Part shown: one piece after another, positions 19,296 to 29,012 of the stretch
How positions within the stretch are numbered: position 1 is the stretch's first letter
How the letters are laid out: each line of letters starts with the position of its first letter
NCBI GenBank assembly: GCA_963734375.1
Contig: CAVTHG010000003.1
Coordinates: 707,385-771,384 of the forward strand
Source: an uncultured Acidobacteriota bacterium
GTDB taxonomy: Bacteria; Acidobacteriota; Vicinamibacteria; Vicinamibacterales; CAVVIG01
Direction of reading: 5' to 3'
DNA length: 64,000 bases
Translations under genes and position numbers: made by a program
The notes under the pieces: generated by a model
Database searches by the model: none
Seen by the model: the letters and a program-made list of their open reading frames with translations, nothing else
What the model was told of the DNA's origin: nothing

Positions 19296-22248
19296 ATGAG
19301 CCATCAGCCGCCGCACGATCGAAGCGATGACCAGCTGACCGGGCAGTCCGCCGTCGGCACACGTTCGGCGGAACCTGCCGTGTTCCAGGCCGGCGACGTC
19401 GTCGCCTTGCGCTTCCGCATCATCCGCTATATCGCGAAGGGCGGCATGGGCGAGCTCTACGAAGCCGAGGATCTCGAGCTGCACGAACGCGTAGCGCTCA
19501 AGACGATCCTCTCGGGCATCGCCGAGGACGAGCGCGCGATCGCGATGTTCAAGCGCGAGGTGCACCTCGCGCGCCAGGTGACGCATCCGAACGTGTGCCG
19601 GATTTACGACGTCTTCCGCCACAAGCCCTTCGACGGCGCTCAGGGCAAGCCCGGTGATGTGGGGGCCGGCCCGGCCGACGAGGTCGTGTTCCTCACCATG
19701 GAGCTGCTCCACGGCGAGACGCTGGCCGAGAAGCTCCGGCGTGATGGACGATTCGCGGTCGCCGACTGCCTGCCGATCCTGCGGCAGATGGCGGCGGGAC
19801 TCGGGGCCGCTCATCGCGCGGGCGTCGTGCACCGCGACTTCAAGAGCCACAACGTGATGCTGGTGACGCCGCCGCCGCCGGAACAGGAGCTGCGCGTCGT
19901 CGTCACCGACTTCGGCCTGGCCCGCCGCACCACGCAGGACGAGCGCACCGCGATGTCGCTGTCGATCGGCGACGCGGGCGAGATTTCCGGCACGCCGGCC
20001 TACATGGCGCCCGAGCAGATCGAAGGCGGGCCGGTCACGCCGGCGACCGACGTCTACGCCCTCGGCGTGGTGCTCTACGAGATGGTGACCGGCGTCTGGC
20101 CCTTCATCGGCGACACGCCGCTCGGCACGGCACTCAAGCGGCTGCAGCAGGCCGCACCGCCGCCGACCACGCACGTGCCCGACGTGGACCCTCGCTTCGA
20201 AGCGACGATTCTGCGCTGCCTCGCCCGCCGCCCGGAGGATCGCTTCGCCCAGGTCGCCGATGTCGTCGCCGACCTCGAAGCGCCGCACCGCTCACTCCCG
20301 CGCTGGCGCTGGAAAACGATTGCCGCCTCGGTCGCTGCGATCGCGGCGATCGCCGTGGCCGCTGCGCTCGCTGCGCCTCTGTACTCGCGCTTTCACAAGC
20401 CGACGCCGCTCACCGACAAGGACACGATCGTCCTGGCCGACTTCGTCAACACGACGGGCGACGCGGTGTTCGACGACACCCTCAAGAAGGTCCTCGCGAT
20501 CCAGCTCGAACAGTCTCCGTTCCTCAGGGTGCTGTCCGACCGCGCCGTCAACACGACGCTGAAACTGATGAATCGTCCACCGACCGAGCCTCTGACCGAG
20601 GCGGTGACACGGGAGATCTGTCTTCGAACCAACAGCACGGCGTTTCTGGTGGGCTCAATCGCCAGTCTTGGAAGCGAGTATGTGATCGGTCTCGACGCCG
20701 TGAATTGTCAGACCGGCGAGCGGTTGTCCAGGCAACAGGTCCAATCACCCAGGAAAGAAGACGTGCTCGGTACTCTGAGCAAGTCGACGACCAGTGCTGC
20801 GGGAGACCATCGGCGAGTCTCTGAGCACGATCCAGAAATACGACACGCCCATTTCGGAAGCCACGACATCGTCACTCGGAGCCTTGCAAGCCTATTCCCT
20901 GGGGAACAAGGCCAACGAGGCCAGCGGCTCGAACGCGGCGATTCCGCTCCTTCTGCGCGCGATCGAACTGGATCCCAATTTCGCTCTGGCCCACTCCTTT
21001 CTCGGGATCGTCTATGCCAACATCCAGGAACTGGACCTGGCCGGCGAACACTTCCGGAAGGCGTACCAGTTGCGCGGCCGGGTGAGCGAGCGGGAGAATC
21101 TCCGCATCTCCGCGTATTACTACAGCTACGTGACCGGGGAAGTCGAGAAGGGCAACCAGGCGTACGAGCTGTGGGCGCGAGCGTATCCTCGGGATTACAT
21201 CCCGCGCAACAACCTGGGCCGTAACTACCAGTCGATGGGGCGATACGAGGAGGCTCTTCCGGAAATGCTCGAAGCCATTCGCCTCGACCCGGGCAACTCG
21301 GTGCCTTACAGCAACCTCGTCGAAATCTACTGCCGATTGAACCGGCTGGGCGAAGCAAGAGCCGCCTATCAGCAGGCGTTGGCCCTGAACCTGGATCGGC
21401 CCGGACTGCGCTACAACATGTATGGCGTGGCCTTTCTCGAGGCAGACGATGCCGAGATGGGACGCCTGACCGCGTGGGCTGCCGGCAAGCAGGGAGTCGA
21501 AGACTTCCTGCTCTCCTATCAATCGGACACGGAAGCCTACTCGGGACGTCTCAGCAAAGCGCGGGAACTGTCGCGCCGAGCCAGCGAGTCTGCCCTGGCT
21601 GCCGGCCAGAAAGAGACGGCGGCGATCAGGCAACTGAATGCGGCCCTTCGCGAAGCGGAGTTCGGCAATGTGGCCGAAGCCCGCAGCCTGGCGGCGTCTG
21701 CGTTGAGCCTGGCCTCGACGCTGAACACCCAGACTCTCGCAGCTCTGGCGATGGCCAGGGCGGGCGATACCGTGCGAGCGCGGGAACTGGCGGACGGGTT
21801 GGAAAAGGCGAACCCGCTCAACACGAGGATCAACGGCTACTGGCTCCCCAGCATCCGCGCCACGATCGAAATCAATCACCAGAATCCAAGGAAGGCGATC
21901 GAGATCCTCCAGGCCGCGGCCCGGTACGAGCTCGGCGTGGCCAATCCTCAGACCCAAGTAGGCGGAATGCTTTACCCGATCTACGTACGGGCACAGGCGT
22001 ATCTCTTGCTGCGCCAGGGGAGCGCCGCTGCCGCCGAATACCAGAAGTATCTGGACCACCGGACCATTGCCGTCAATTCCCCTCTCGGCCCACTGTCCCA
22101 TCTGGGTCTCGCTCGCGCCTACGTCACGATGGGCGACTCGGTGAAGGCGAAGGCAGCATATCTGGAGTTCTTGACGCGGTGGAAATACGCCGACCCCGAC
22201 ATTCCCATGTTCCGCGAGGCCAAAGCGGAGTATGAAAAAGTGCAGTGA
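19296..22248 (+). pseudogene. Ser/Thr protein kinase, TM, periplasmic domain and TPR region (paralogue 1), with one frame break near 20795
   Basis: Hanks motifs are GMGELYEA, ALKTI, HRDFKSHNVML, VTDFGLAR and GTPAYMAPEQ. The TM segment is IAASVAAIAAIAVAAALAAPL. ORF 19296..21224 loses sense after ..LGTLSKSTTS and the text resumes in ORF 20794..22248 (LRETIGESLSTIQKYDTPISEATT.. TPR-like to ..EAKAEYEKVQ*). Confidence 0.85.
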
Positions 22249-25124
22249 CGCGTCCGCCTGAGCCCGCCGTCTTTCAAACCGGCGACGTCGTCGCCTCTCG
22301 CTTCCGCATCATCCGCTATATCGCGAAAGGCGGCATGGGCGAGCTCTACGAAGCCGAGGATCTCGAGCTGCACGAACGCGTGGCGCTCAAGACGATCCTC
22401 TCGGGCATCGCCGACGACGAGCGCACGATCGCGATGTTCAAGCGTGAGGTGCACCTCGCGCGACAGGTGACGCATCCGAACGTGTGCCGGATTTTCGACG
22501 TCTTCCGCCACAGGCCCTTCGACGCGGCTCAGGGCAGGTCCGGCGACGCGGGGTCCGACCCGGCCTCCGAGGTCGTGTTCCTCACCATGGAGTTGCTCCA
22601 CGGCGAGACGCTGGCCGAGAAGCTCCAGCGTGATGGACGATTCGCGGTCGCCGACTGCCTGCCGATCCTGCGGCAGATGGCGGCGGGACTCGGGGCCGCC
22701 CATCGCGCGGGCGTCGTGCACCGCGACTTCAAGAGCCACAACGTGATGCTGGTGACGCCGCCGCCGCCGGAACAGGAGCTGCGCGTCGTCGTCACCGACT
22801 TCGGCCTGGCCCGCCGCACCACGCAGGACGAGCGCACCGCGATGTCGCTCTCGATCGGCGACGCGGGCGAGATTTCGGGCACGCCGGCCTACATGGCGCC
22901 CGAGCAGATCGAGGGCGGGCCGGTCACGCCGGCGACCGACGTGTACGCCCTCGGCGTGGTGCTCTACGAGATGGTCACCGGCGTCTGGCCCTTCATCGGC
23001 GACACGCCGCTCGGGACGGCACTCAAACGGCTGCAGCAGCCGGCACCGCCGCCGACCACGCACGTGCCCGACGTGGACCCTCGCTTCGAAGCGACGATTC
23101 TGCGCTGCCTCGCCCGCCGCCCGGAGGATCGCTTCGCCCAGGTCGCCGATGTCGTCGCCGACCTCGACGCGCCACGAGTTCCGCGATCGAATCGGCGCTG
23201 GAACATGATCGCGACCTCGGTGGCCGCGATCGCTCTTGCCGTCGCGGTCGCCGGTGTTTTTTACTGGCGCTCTCACCAAACGACTCCGCTCACCGACAAG
23301 GACACGATCGTCCTGGCCGACTTCGTCAACACGACCGGTGACGGCGTCTTCGACAGCACGCTGAAACAGGCATTGGCGATCCAGCTCCAGCAGTCGCCGT
23401 TCCTCAGCCTGGTGTCTGACGAGCGCCTGCGCCAGACCCTGCGCCTGATGGGGCAGCCGGAGGGTGCACGCGTCACGCCGGCGATTGATCAGGAAGTCTG
23501 CCAGCGCTCGGAAGGCGCGGCCGTCATCCGCGGCTCGATCTCGAGCCTGGGGAGCAGCTACGTTCTGGGCCTCGACGCGGCGAACTGCCGCACCGGCGAT
23601 GCGCTGTCGATGGAGCAGCTGACGGCAGAAGGAAAGGCGCAGGTTCTGAAGGCGCTCGATACGGCGGCTGCCGGGCTGCGCCGCAAGCTCGGTGAATCGC
23701 TCCAGACGATCGAGAAGTACGACACGCCGATTGAGGAGGCGACGACCCCATCGCTCGAGGCGCTGCAAGCCTACAGTCTGGGATTGGAGACCAAAGACAT
23801 CAAAGGCGACGAAGCGGCCGTGCCCTTGTTCGAACGCGCGATTCAGCTCGATCCCCAGTTCGCGATGGCCCATGCGCTCCTCGGAACCAGTTATTCGAAC
23901 CTGGGAGAACGCGACCGCGCGGCGGAGATGATCACGAAGGCGTATGAACGGCGCGAGCACGTCAGCGAGCGGGAGGCGTTCTACATCGATTCCTACTATC
24001 ACGACCTGGTCAAAGGTGATCTCGACAAGGCTCGCCAGATCTATGAAGTGTGGGCGCAGGTCTATCCGCGCGATGACCGGCCGGTCGCTATCCTGGGCCT
24101 CCTTGCCAACTATCTCGGTCAATACGAGAAGAGCCTTGCGCAGGCGCGCGCCGCGCTGGCCCTCAATCCGGACAGCGGTTTGAGATATGCCAACCTCGTC
24201 CAAAGCGCTGTCTTCGTGCGCGACGTCAAGGAAGCGCGCGCGGTCGCCGACCAGGCGCTGGCGAAGAAACTCGAGTCGCCCTACCTGTCTCTTTATCTCT
24301 ATCAGCTCGCCTTCTTGCAGGACGATGCGGCTGGCCTCGCGACGCAAGTCGCCTGGGCGACCGGTAAACCAGGAGTGGAAGACCTCCTGTGGGCGGCCGA
24401 CGCGAGTTCCGCGGCGTATCGCGGCCGGCTTGGCAAGGCCAGGGAGTTGTCGCAGCAGGCGATCGTGTCGGCCAAACGAGGCGGAGCGAACGAGACGGCC
24501 GCTTCCTACGAGGCCAACGCGGCCCTGAGGGACGCGTTCTTCGGCAATACCGCAGAGGCGCAACAGCATGCGACGGCGGCGCTCGCGCTTCCGACAGGCC
24601 GGGATGTGAAGGTCGCGGCGGCACTGGCGCTGGCGATGGCGGGAAGTGTCGACCGGGCGCAAACGCTCGCGGCGGGCCTGGCCAGGGATTTTCCCGACGA
24701 CACGCTGGTGAGGCTGAACTTCCTGCCCACCATCAACGCGCAGATTGCGCTGACCCGCCGGGATTCGGCGAAGGCCATCGAGTTGCTGAAGATCGCCGCT
24801 CCGGTCGAATTGGGCCGTCCGGGCGATGCGTCGCTCACTCCCGCGCTGTACCCGCTCTATGTGCGAGGCGAAGCGTATCGGGCCGCGGGCAAGGGCAGCG
24901 AGGCGGCGGCCGCGTTCCAGAAAATTCTCGATCAGCCTGGGGTTGTGCTGTACGAACCGATCGGGGCCCTCGCGCGGCTGGGCCTTGGCCGTGCCCTCGA
25001 TCTGCAGGGCGACCCCGTGAAGGCACGAGCCGCGTACGACGCCTTCCTCGAACTCTGGAGGGACGCCGATCCCGACATTCCCGTGTTACGACAAGCCAGG
25101 GCGGAGTACGCGCGGCTGCGCTGA
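22245..25124 (+). CDS. Ser/Thr protein kinase, TM, periplasmic domain and TPR region (paralogue 2, intact)
   Basis: Intact 959-aa ORF. The GTG start at 22245 overlaps the TGA stop of paralogue 1 (GTGA). The kinase domain is nearly identical at the DNA level to 19375-20280. Confidence 0.9.
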   Translation: MTRPPEPAVFQTGDVVASRFRIIRYIAKGGMGELYEAEDLELHERVALKTILSGIADDERTIAMFKREVHLARQVTHPNVCRIFDVFRHRPFDAAQGRSGDAGSDPASEVVFLTMELLHGETLAEKLQRDGRFAVADCLPILRQMAAGLGAAHRAGVVHRDFKSHNVMLVTPPPPEQELRVVVTDFGLARRTTQDERTAMSLSIGDAGEISGTPAYMAPEQIEGGPVTPATDVYALGVVLYEMVTGVWPFIGDTPLGTALKRLQQPAPPPTTHVPDVDPRFEATILRCLARRPEDRFAQVADVVADLDAPRVPRSNRRWNMIATSVAAIALAVAVAGVFYWRSHQTTPLTDKDTIVLADFVNTTGDGVFDSTLKQALAIQLQQSPFLSLVSDERLRQTLRLMGQPEGARVTPAIDQEVCQRSEGAAVIRGSISSLGSSYVLGLDAANCRTGDALSMEQLTAEGKAQVLKALDTAAAGLRRKLGESLQTIEKYDTPIEEATTPSLEALQAYSLGLETKDIKGDEAAVPLFERAIQLDPQFAMAHALLGTSYSNLGERDRAAEMITKAYERREHVSEREAFYIDSYYHDLVKGDLDKARQIYEVWAQVYPRDDRPVAILGLLANYLGQYEKSLAQARAALALNPDSGLRYANLVQSAVFVRDVKEARAVADQALAKKLESPYLSLYLYQLAFLQDDAAGLATQVAWATGKPGVEDLLWAADASSAAYRGRLGKARELSQQAIVSAKRGGANETAASYEANAALRDAFFGNTAEAQQHATAALALPTGRDVKVAAALALAMAGSVDRAQTLAAGLARDFPDDTLVRLNFLPTINAQIALTRRDSAKAIELLKIAAPVELGRPGDASLTPALYPLYVRGEAYRAAGKGSEAAAAFQKILDQPGVVLYEPIGALARLGLGRALDLQGDPVKARAAYDAFLELWRDADPDIPVLRQARAEYARLR

Positions 25125-25330
25125 TTGGACTGCCTGTTTCGGCTCCCTCGCCCCCTGCCAGCGCGCGCTCACCGCCCTCCGTCAGAGCGGTCACTACCCA
25201 CGACATGCCGTGGCCTTCCACGAAGAATTCACGTGCGGCGACCTCCGGCCGGCCGTGCATCGCAGGATGCGGTCAGCCGTAACCCGGTGACGGCAAAGGC
25301 ATTGTCGCGCCTGTTCACACGACGCCCTGG

Positions 25331-25346
25331 TGGCATCCCACGTGCT
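25331..25346 (+). promoter_or_regulatory. Candidate sigma-54 promoter upstream of the GAF-domain activator gene
   Basis: TGGCATCCCACGTGCT has the correct GG..GC spacing. The -12 element is about 28 nt upstream of ATG 25374, which has GGAGG at 25364-25368. Confidence 0.35.
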
Positions 25347-25373
25347 CCTCCTCCATCTAAATGGAGGCATCAC

Positions 25374-27002
25374 ATGCAGGCTGAAATGGGAATGGGGATG
25401 GCAAGTCAGGAACTGGACCGATTTCAGCACTTGGTATCCGACCTGTTCGCCCGCGTCATGCTGACGCCGAGCGAAGAGATCGACGCCGAGGTCGCTCTGG
25501 CATTGCCGCGCGTCCTCGAGAACCTGGCGGTCGATGATGTCCGCCTCCTGCGATTCGACGGTGACGGCCGCACGTTGACGGGCATCGAGCGATCGGCGCA
25601 CGGCGCCGTCGCCGCCGGCCTGGTACACAGCCGGCCGCCGAATCTCGCGACTGGTATGTGTCGCGCCTGGCCACCGGCCAGCCGCTCGCGATCGTGGCCG
25701 ACAGCGCCGACGGACCGGAACGCGAGCTGCTCCGCTCGCTCGGCGTCGCCGCCCACCTGGCGGTGCCGGTGCTGGTTGGATCGCGGCTGGTCTGCGCGCT
25801 GACGATCGGACTGGCCCGCCCGCCCGCGTCGTGGCCCGGGCCACTCGCCGACCGCGTGCGCCTCGTCGCCGAGATGCTGGCCGCGGGCCTCGAGCGGCGG
25901 CGTCAGGATCTGGCGATGCGCGACTTCAGCGCCGAGATCGATCGGCTGAACGCGCGGCTCTCGGCGGAGAACGCCTACCTGCAGGAAGAGATCAAGACCT
26001 ACCACAACTTCGACGATCTGGTGGGCACGAGCGCCGCGCTCGGCGCCGCGCTCGCCCAGGTGTCGCAGGTGGCGCCGACCGACAGCACGGTGCTGCTGCT
26101 CGGCGAGACCGGCACCGGCAAGGAGCTCGTCGCGCGGGCGATTCACGCCCGCAGCGCGCGTGCGAAGCGCCCGTTCGTCTGCGTCAACTGCGCCGCGCTG
26201 CCGCCGACCTTGATCGAGAGCGAGCTCTTCGGTCACGAGCGCGGCGCGTTCACCGGCGCCGTCAGCATGCGCCAGGGGCGCTTCGAGCTCGCCGACGGCG
26301 GCACGATCTTCCTCGACGAGATCGGCGAGCTGCCGCTCGAGATCCAGGCCAAGCTGCTGCGCGTCCTGCAGGAGGGCGAGTTCGAGCGCGTCGGCGCGTC
26401 GCGCTCGCGCAAGGTCGACGTCCGCGTGATCGCGGCGACCCACCGCGACCTCGCCCAGGCGGTCGAGGCGCGGACGTTCCGCGCCGACCTCTACTACCGC
26501 CTGAGCGTGTTCCCGGTGCAGCTGCCGCCGCTCCGCGAGCGCCGCGAGGACATCCCGCAGCTGGTCTGGTTCTTCATCCACCAGCGCCAGCGCAAGCTGG
26601 GACGCCAGATCAAGCATGTGCCGAGCGCGGTGATGTCGGCGCTGCAGCGCTATCGGTGGCCCGGCAACGTGCGCGAGCTCGAGAACATCGTCGAGCGCGC
26701 GATGATTCGCGCCACCGGCGACACGCTTGCTGCTCGATGAGATGTTCGGCGCGCCGGTTCAGCAGGGCACCGAGGAGTCGGCGGTCGAATTGAACGCCGT
26801 CGAGCGCACCCACATCGAGCACATCCTGCGCGAGTGCGGCGGCAAGATCAACGGACGCGGGAACGCGGCCGAGCGGCTGGGCATTCATCCCAACAGCCTG
26901 CGGTTCCGGATGAAGAAGCTTGGCGTCTCGCGGCCGGTGCATCTGAAGGGCGGCGCGCTGCCGCCGGCGCGTTCGTTTCTCCGCGCGGTCGGCGCGTCGT
27001 AG
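25374..27002 (+). pseudogene. GAF-domain sigma-54-dependent transcriptional activator (GAF, AAA+, Fis HTH) with 2 frame breaks
   Basis: GAF text (LDRFQHLVSDLFARVMLTPSEEIDAEV..) is in the frame of 25125... After about 25630 it continues in ORF 25658..26740 (YVSRLATGQPLAIV.., [33 protein letters not shown]). After about 26728 it continues in ORF 26727..27002 (VERTHIEHILRECGGKINGRGNAAERLGIHPNSLRFRMKKLGV). Confidence 0.85.
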
Positions 27003-27133
27003 CGCCTTACGAACTCACAACCGCCCGTAAGGGAAGTCACGGTCGGCCGTTGCTGGCGGCGCTGCGATTCATCGCGGGTCGCCGGCGGCAACTGAATTCA
27101 CGCCAGTTGTCACCGGTTGTCGAATCGCTTCGG

Positions 27134-27149
27134 TGGCCTACGCCTTGCG
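27134..27149 (+). promoter_or_regulatory. Candidate sigma-54 promoter just downstream of the GAF activator gene
   Basis: TGGCCTACGCCTTGCG has an exact TTGC -12 element and correct spacing. A GTG at 27162 opens the small ORF below. Confidence 0.35.
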
Positions 27150-27161
27150 CTGCCTCTGCCC

Positions 27162-27464
27162 GTGAACCTTCGAGTAGACGTCGTCGGCGCAGCCGGGCGG
27201 CGCGTCGTCCGGCCGGCGGGACGGCTCCTTGGAGAGGACATCCCGATCTTCGAGCAGATCTGCAACGACCAGGCGCCGCCATTCCAGATCGATCTCGAGG
27301 AGCTGTTGTCGGCGGACGAAGCCGGGCTGGCCGTCCTGCTCCGGCAACGGGAACGAGGCGCCCGCTTCGTGCATGTGCCGGCATACATCAGGCTTCGCCT
27401 CGCCGCGGCGGCAAAGCGCGCCGACCCGACGCTCGTGAGGCGGCGTCCGCGGCGTCAGCTGTAG
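27162..27464 (+). CDS. Small protein of unknown function with a possibly STAS-like C-terminus; start uncertain
   Basis: It lies in the frame of ORF 27117..27464. GC3-rich codons and the text IPIFEQICNDQAPPFQIDLEELLSADEAGLAVLLRQRERGARFVHVPAYIRLRL look like real coding sequence. The TAG stop is part of the first REP copy. Confidence 0.35.
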   Translation: MNLRVDVVGAAGRRVVRPAGRLLGEDIPIFEQICNDQAPPFQIDLEELLSADEAGLAVLLRQRERGARFVHVPAYIRLRLAAAAKRADPTLVRRRPRRQL

Positions 27465-27566
27465 TGTCCGGCTTTAGCCGGACCTGATGTAGTGTCCGGC
27501 TTCAGCCGGACCTGGCTAAGCGTTTTTAGATCTATATCTATGTAGTGTCCGCCTTCAGGCGGACCT
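27461..27566. repeat. REP hairpin cluster, family B (GTAGTGTCCGSC-TTYA-GSCGGAC), 3 direct copies
   Basis: Copies are gtagtgtccggctttagccggacc (27461), gtagtgtccggcttcagccggacc (27489) and gtagtgtccgccttcaggcggacc (27543). An AT-rich spacer ggctaagcgtttttagatctatatcta lies between them. The cluster sits between convergent genes. Confidence 0.9.
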
Positions 27567-27572
27567 CGCGCG

Positions 27573-29012
27573 TCAGCGCTGGTGCAGCGCGGCGCGAGCG
27601 GACTGGAGCGCCTTGCGGTGGACCTCGAGGGTATAGCCGGTCTCGCGCGCCAGCCGCGGGCTCCCCTCGAACAGGTGTCGGACCACGTCGGGCGCGATCA
27701 GCACGACCTCGGTGTCCTCGAGGGCGACGGCGCGCATGTCCGCGGCCTGATGGCCGTGCATCCCGGTTTCCCCGCAGAACTCGCCGGCTTGAATCGTCGC
27801 GATCTCGCTCGCCTGACCGTCTCTCATCACCTGCAGCGAGACGGTGCCCGACACCACGAAGTAGACCCCATCGAGTGCATCGCCCTTGTCGAAGAGCCGC
27901 TCGCCGGCGCCGAAGGTCAACGGCCTGGTTCGGGCATGGTCTTCAGGAGGGATCGCCGGGAGCCGCGGGAACCGGGCCAGCAGGTCGGCGCCCTCGGGCT
28001 TCACTGTCGTGAATGGGCGCTCCTGCTGGTGCTGCAGCGCCACGTGCACGGGGTAGGGCATGGTGAAGCCGTGACGTTTCGCCATGTACCAGATGCGGGT
28101 GACCAGCTCGTTCTTGACCGGCCACCGATCTTTTTCCGTGGTGCGGTAGATGAGGCGGTACTTGACGCTGAAGTCGCCATAGCCAAGCGTCGCCGCGATC
28201 GGTTTCGGGCTCTTGAGTACACCGTCGGTCTGGAGCAGCAACTCGACCAGGGCCTGGCGCACCTTGTAAGGCGGATCCTGGAAGCTGAACGCGACGTCGA
28301 CCAGCTCCATGCGGTTCGGCATGGGCCGGGAGAAGTTCACGATCGTTTCCTTGTTCAGCGTCGAGTTGGGGACGACCTGGATGGCACCGCCCCGGGCCTC
28401 GATGTGCGCCGACCGCCAGTTGACCTCTCTCACCTCACCCGCCATGGTGCCGACTTCAATGGTGTCGCCGACCTCGAACGGCCGCTCCATCAGGAGCATG
28501 AGGCCGGAGAACAAGTTGCCGAGCGGTTCCTGCAGCGCGAGGCCGACGACGATCGATGTGACGCCGAGGGCCGCGATCGCGCCCTCGATCTCCCGCCCCC
28601 AGACGAACGAATAGACCATCGCGAGGCCGATCGCTGCCAGCAGGAGGCGCAGCAGATCGCGCAACAATCTGGGGACCTTGCTCTGCCAGGTGCCGGCTCG
28701 CGCCGACTCGAACACCAGGTTGTTGATGACCCCCATGATGGCGACGATCGCGGTGGCCAGGCACAGCGTCTCGGTGAGCCGAACCCCCAGACTCGATTCC
28801 GGCAGGAGGACGACCCAGCGGAGAAAGAGCGTGAGGGCCACGAGCGGAAGGACCCAGGCTCGGATGAACCGGACCGACGCCGCGACCGGCTGACCGGCCC
28901 TGGCCAGGGCGAACGCCAACTCGTTGAGCGCCATGAGCAGCGCAGGAAAGCCGAGCGCCAGGCCGAGCCCGAACACCCATTGCTGGGACACCTGGTTCAG
29001 GAGCTCGTTCAT
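27573..29012 (-). CDS. MscS-family channel with a C-terminal cyclic-nucleotide-binding domain (bCNG-type)
   Basis: Internal Met (CAT 29010-29012) of ORF 27573..29444. The MscS core is LGVTSIVVGLALQEPLGNLFSGLMLLMERPFEVGDTIEV. The cNMP-binding text is FDKGDALDGVYFVVSGTVSL..AGEFCGE..RAVALEDTEVVLI. The start overlaps the cyclase stop (ATGA). Confidence 0.85.
   Translation of the reverse strand: MNELLNQVSQQWVFGLGLALGFPALLMALNELAFALARAGQPVAASVRFIRAWVLPLVALTLFLRWVVLLPESSLGVRLTETLCLATAIVAIMGVINNLVFESARAGTWQSKVPRLLRDLLRLLLAAIGLAMVYSFVWGREIEGAIAALGVTSIVVGLALQEPLGNLFSGLMLLMERPFEVGDTIEVGTMAGEVREVNWRSAHIEARGGAIQVVPNSTLNKETIVNFSRPMPNRMELVDVAFSFQDPPYKVRQALVELLLQTDGVLKSPKPIAATLGYGDFSVKYRLIYRTTEKDRWPVKNELVTRIWYMAKRHGFTMPYPVHVALQHQQERPFTTVKPEGADLLARFPRLPAIPPEDHARTRPLTFGAGERLFDKGDALDGVYFVVSGTVSLQVMRDGQASEIATIQAGEFCGETGMHGHQAADMRAVALEDTEVVLIAPDVVRHLFEGSPRLARETGYTLEVHRKALQSARAALHQR

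Noticed and set aside
19296-22248. Programmed ribosomal frameshifting as an explanation for single frame breaks (kinase 1, MFS-HEAT, TLC-like, ankyrin)
   Set aside because: The junctions show no slippery heptamer or downstream structure. The direction of shift varies between genes. Many neighbouring genes have multiple breaks. Indels, real or artefactual, are the simpler explanation.
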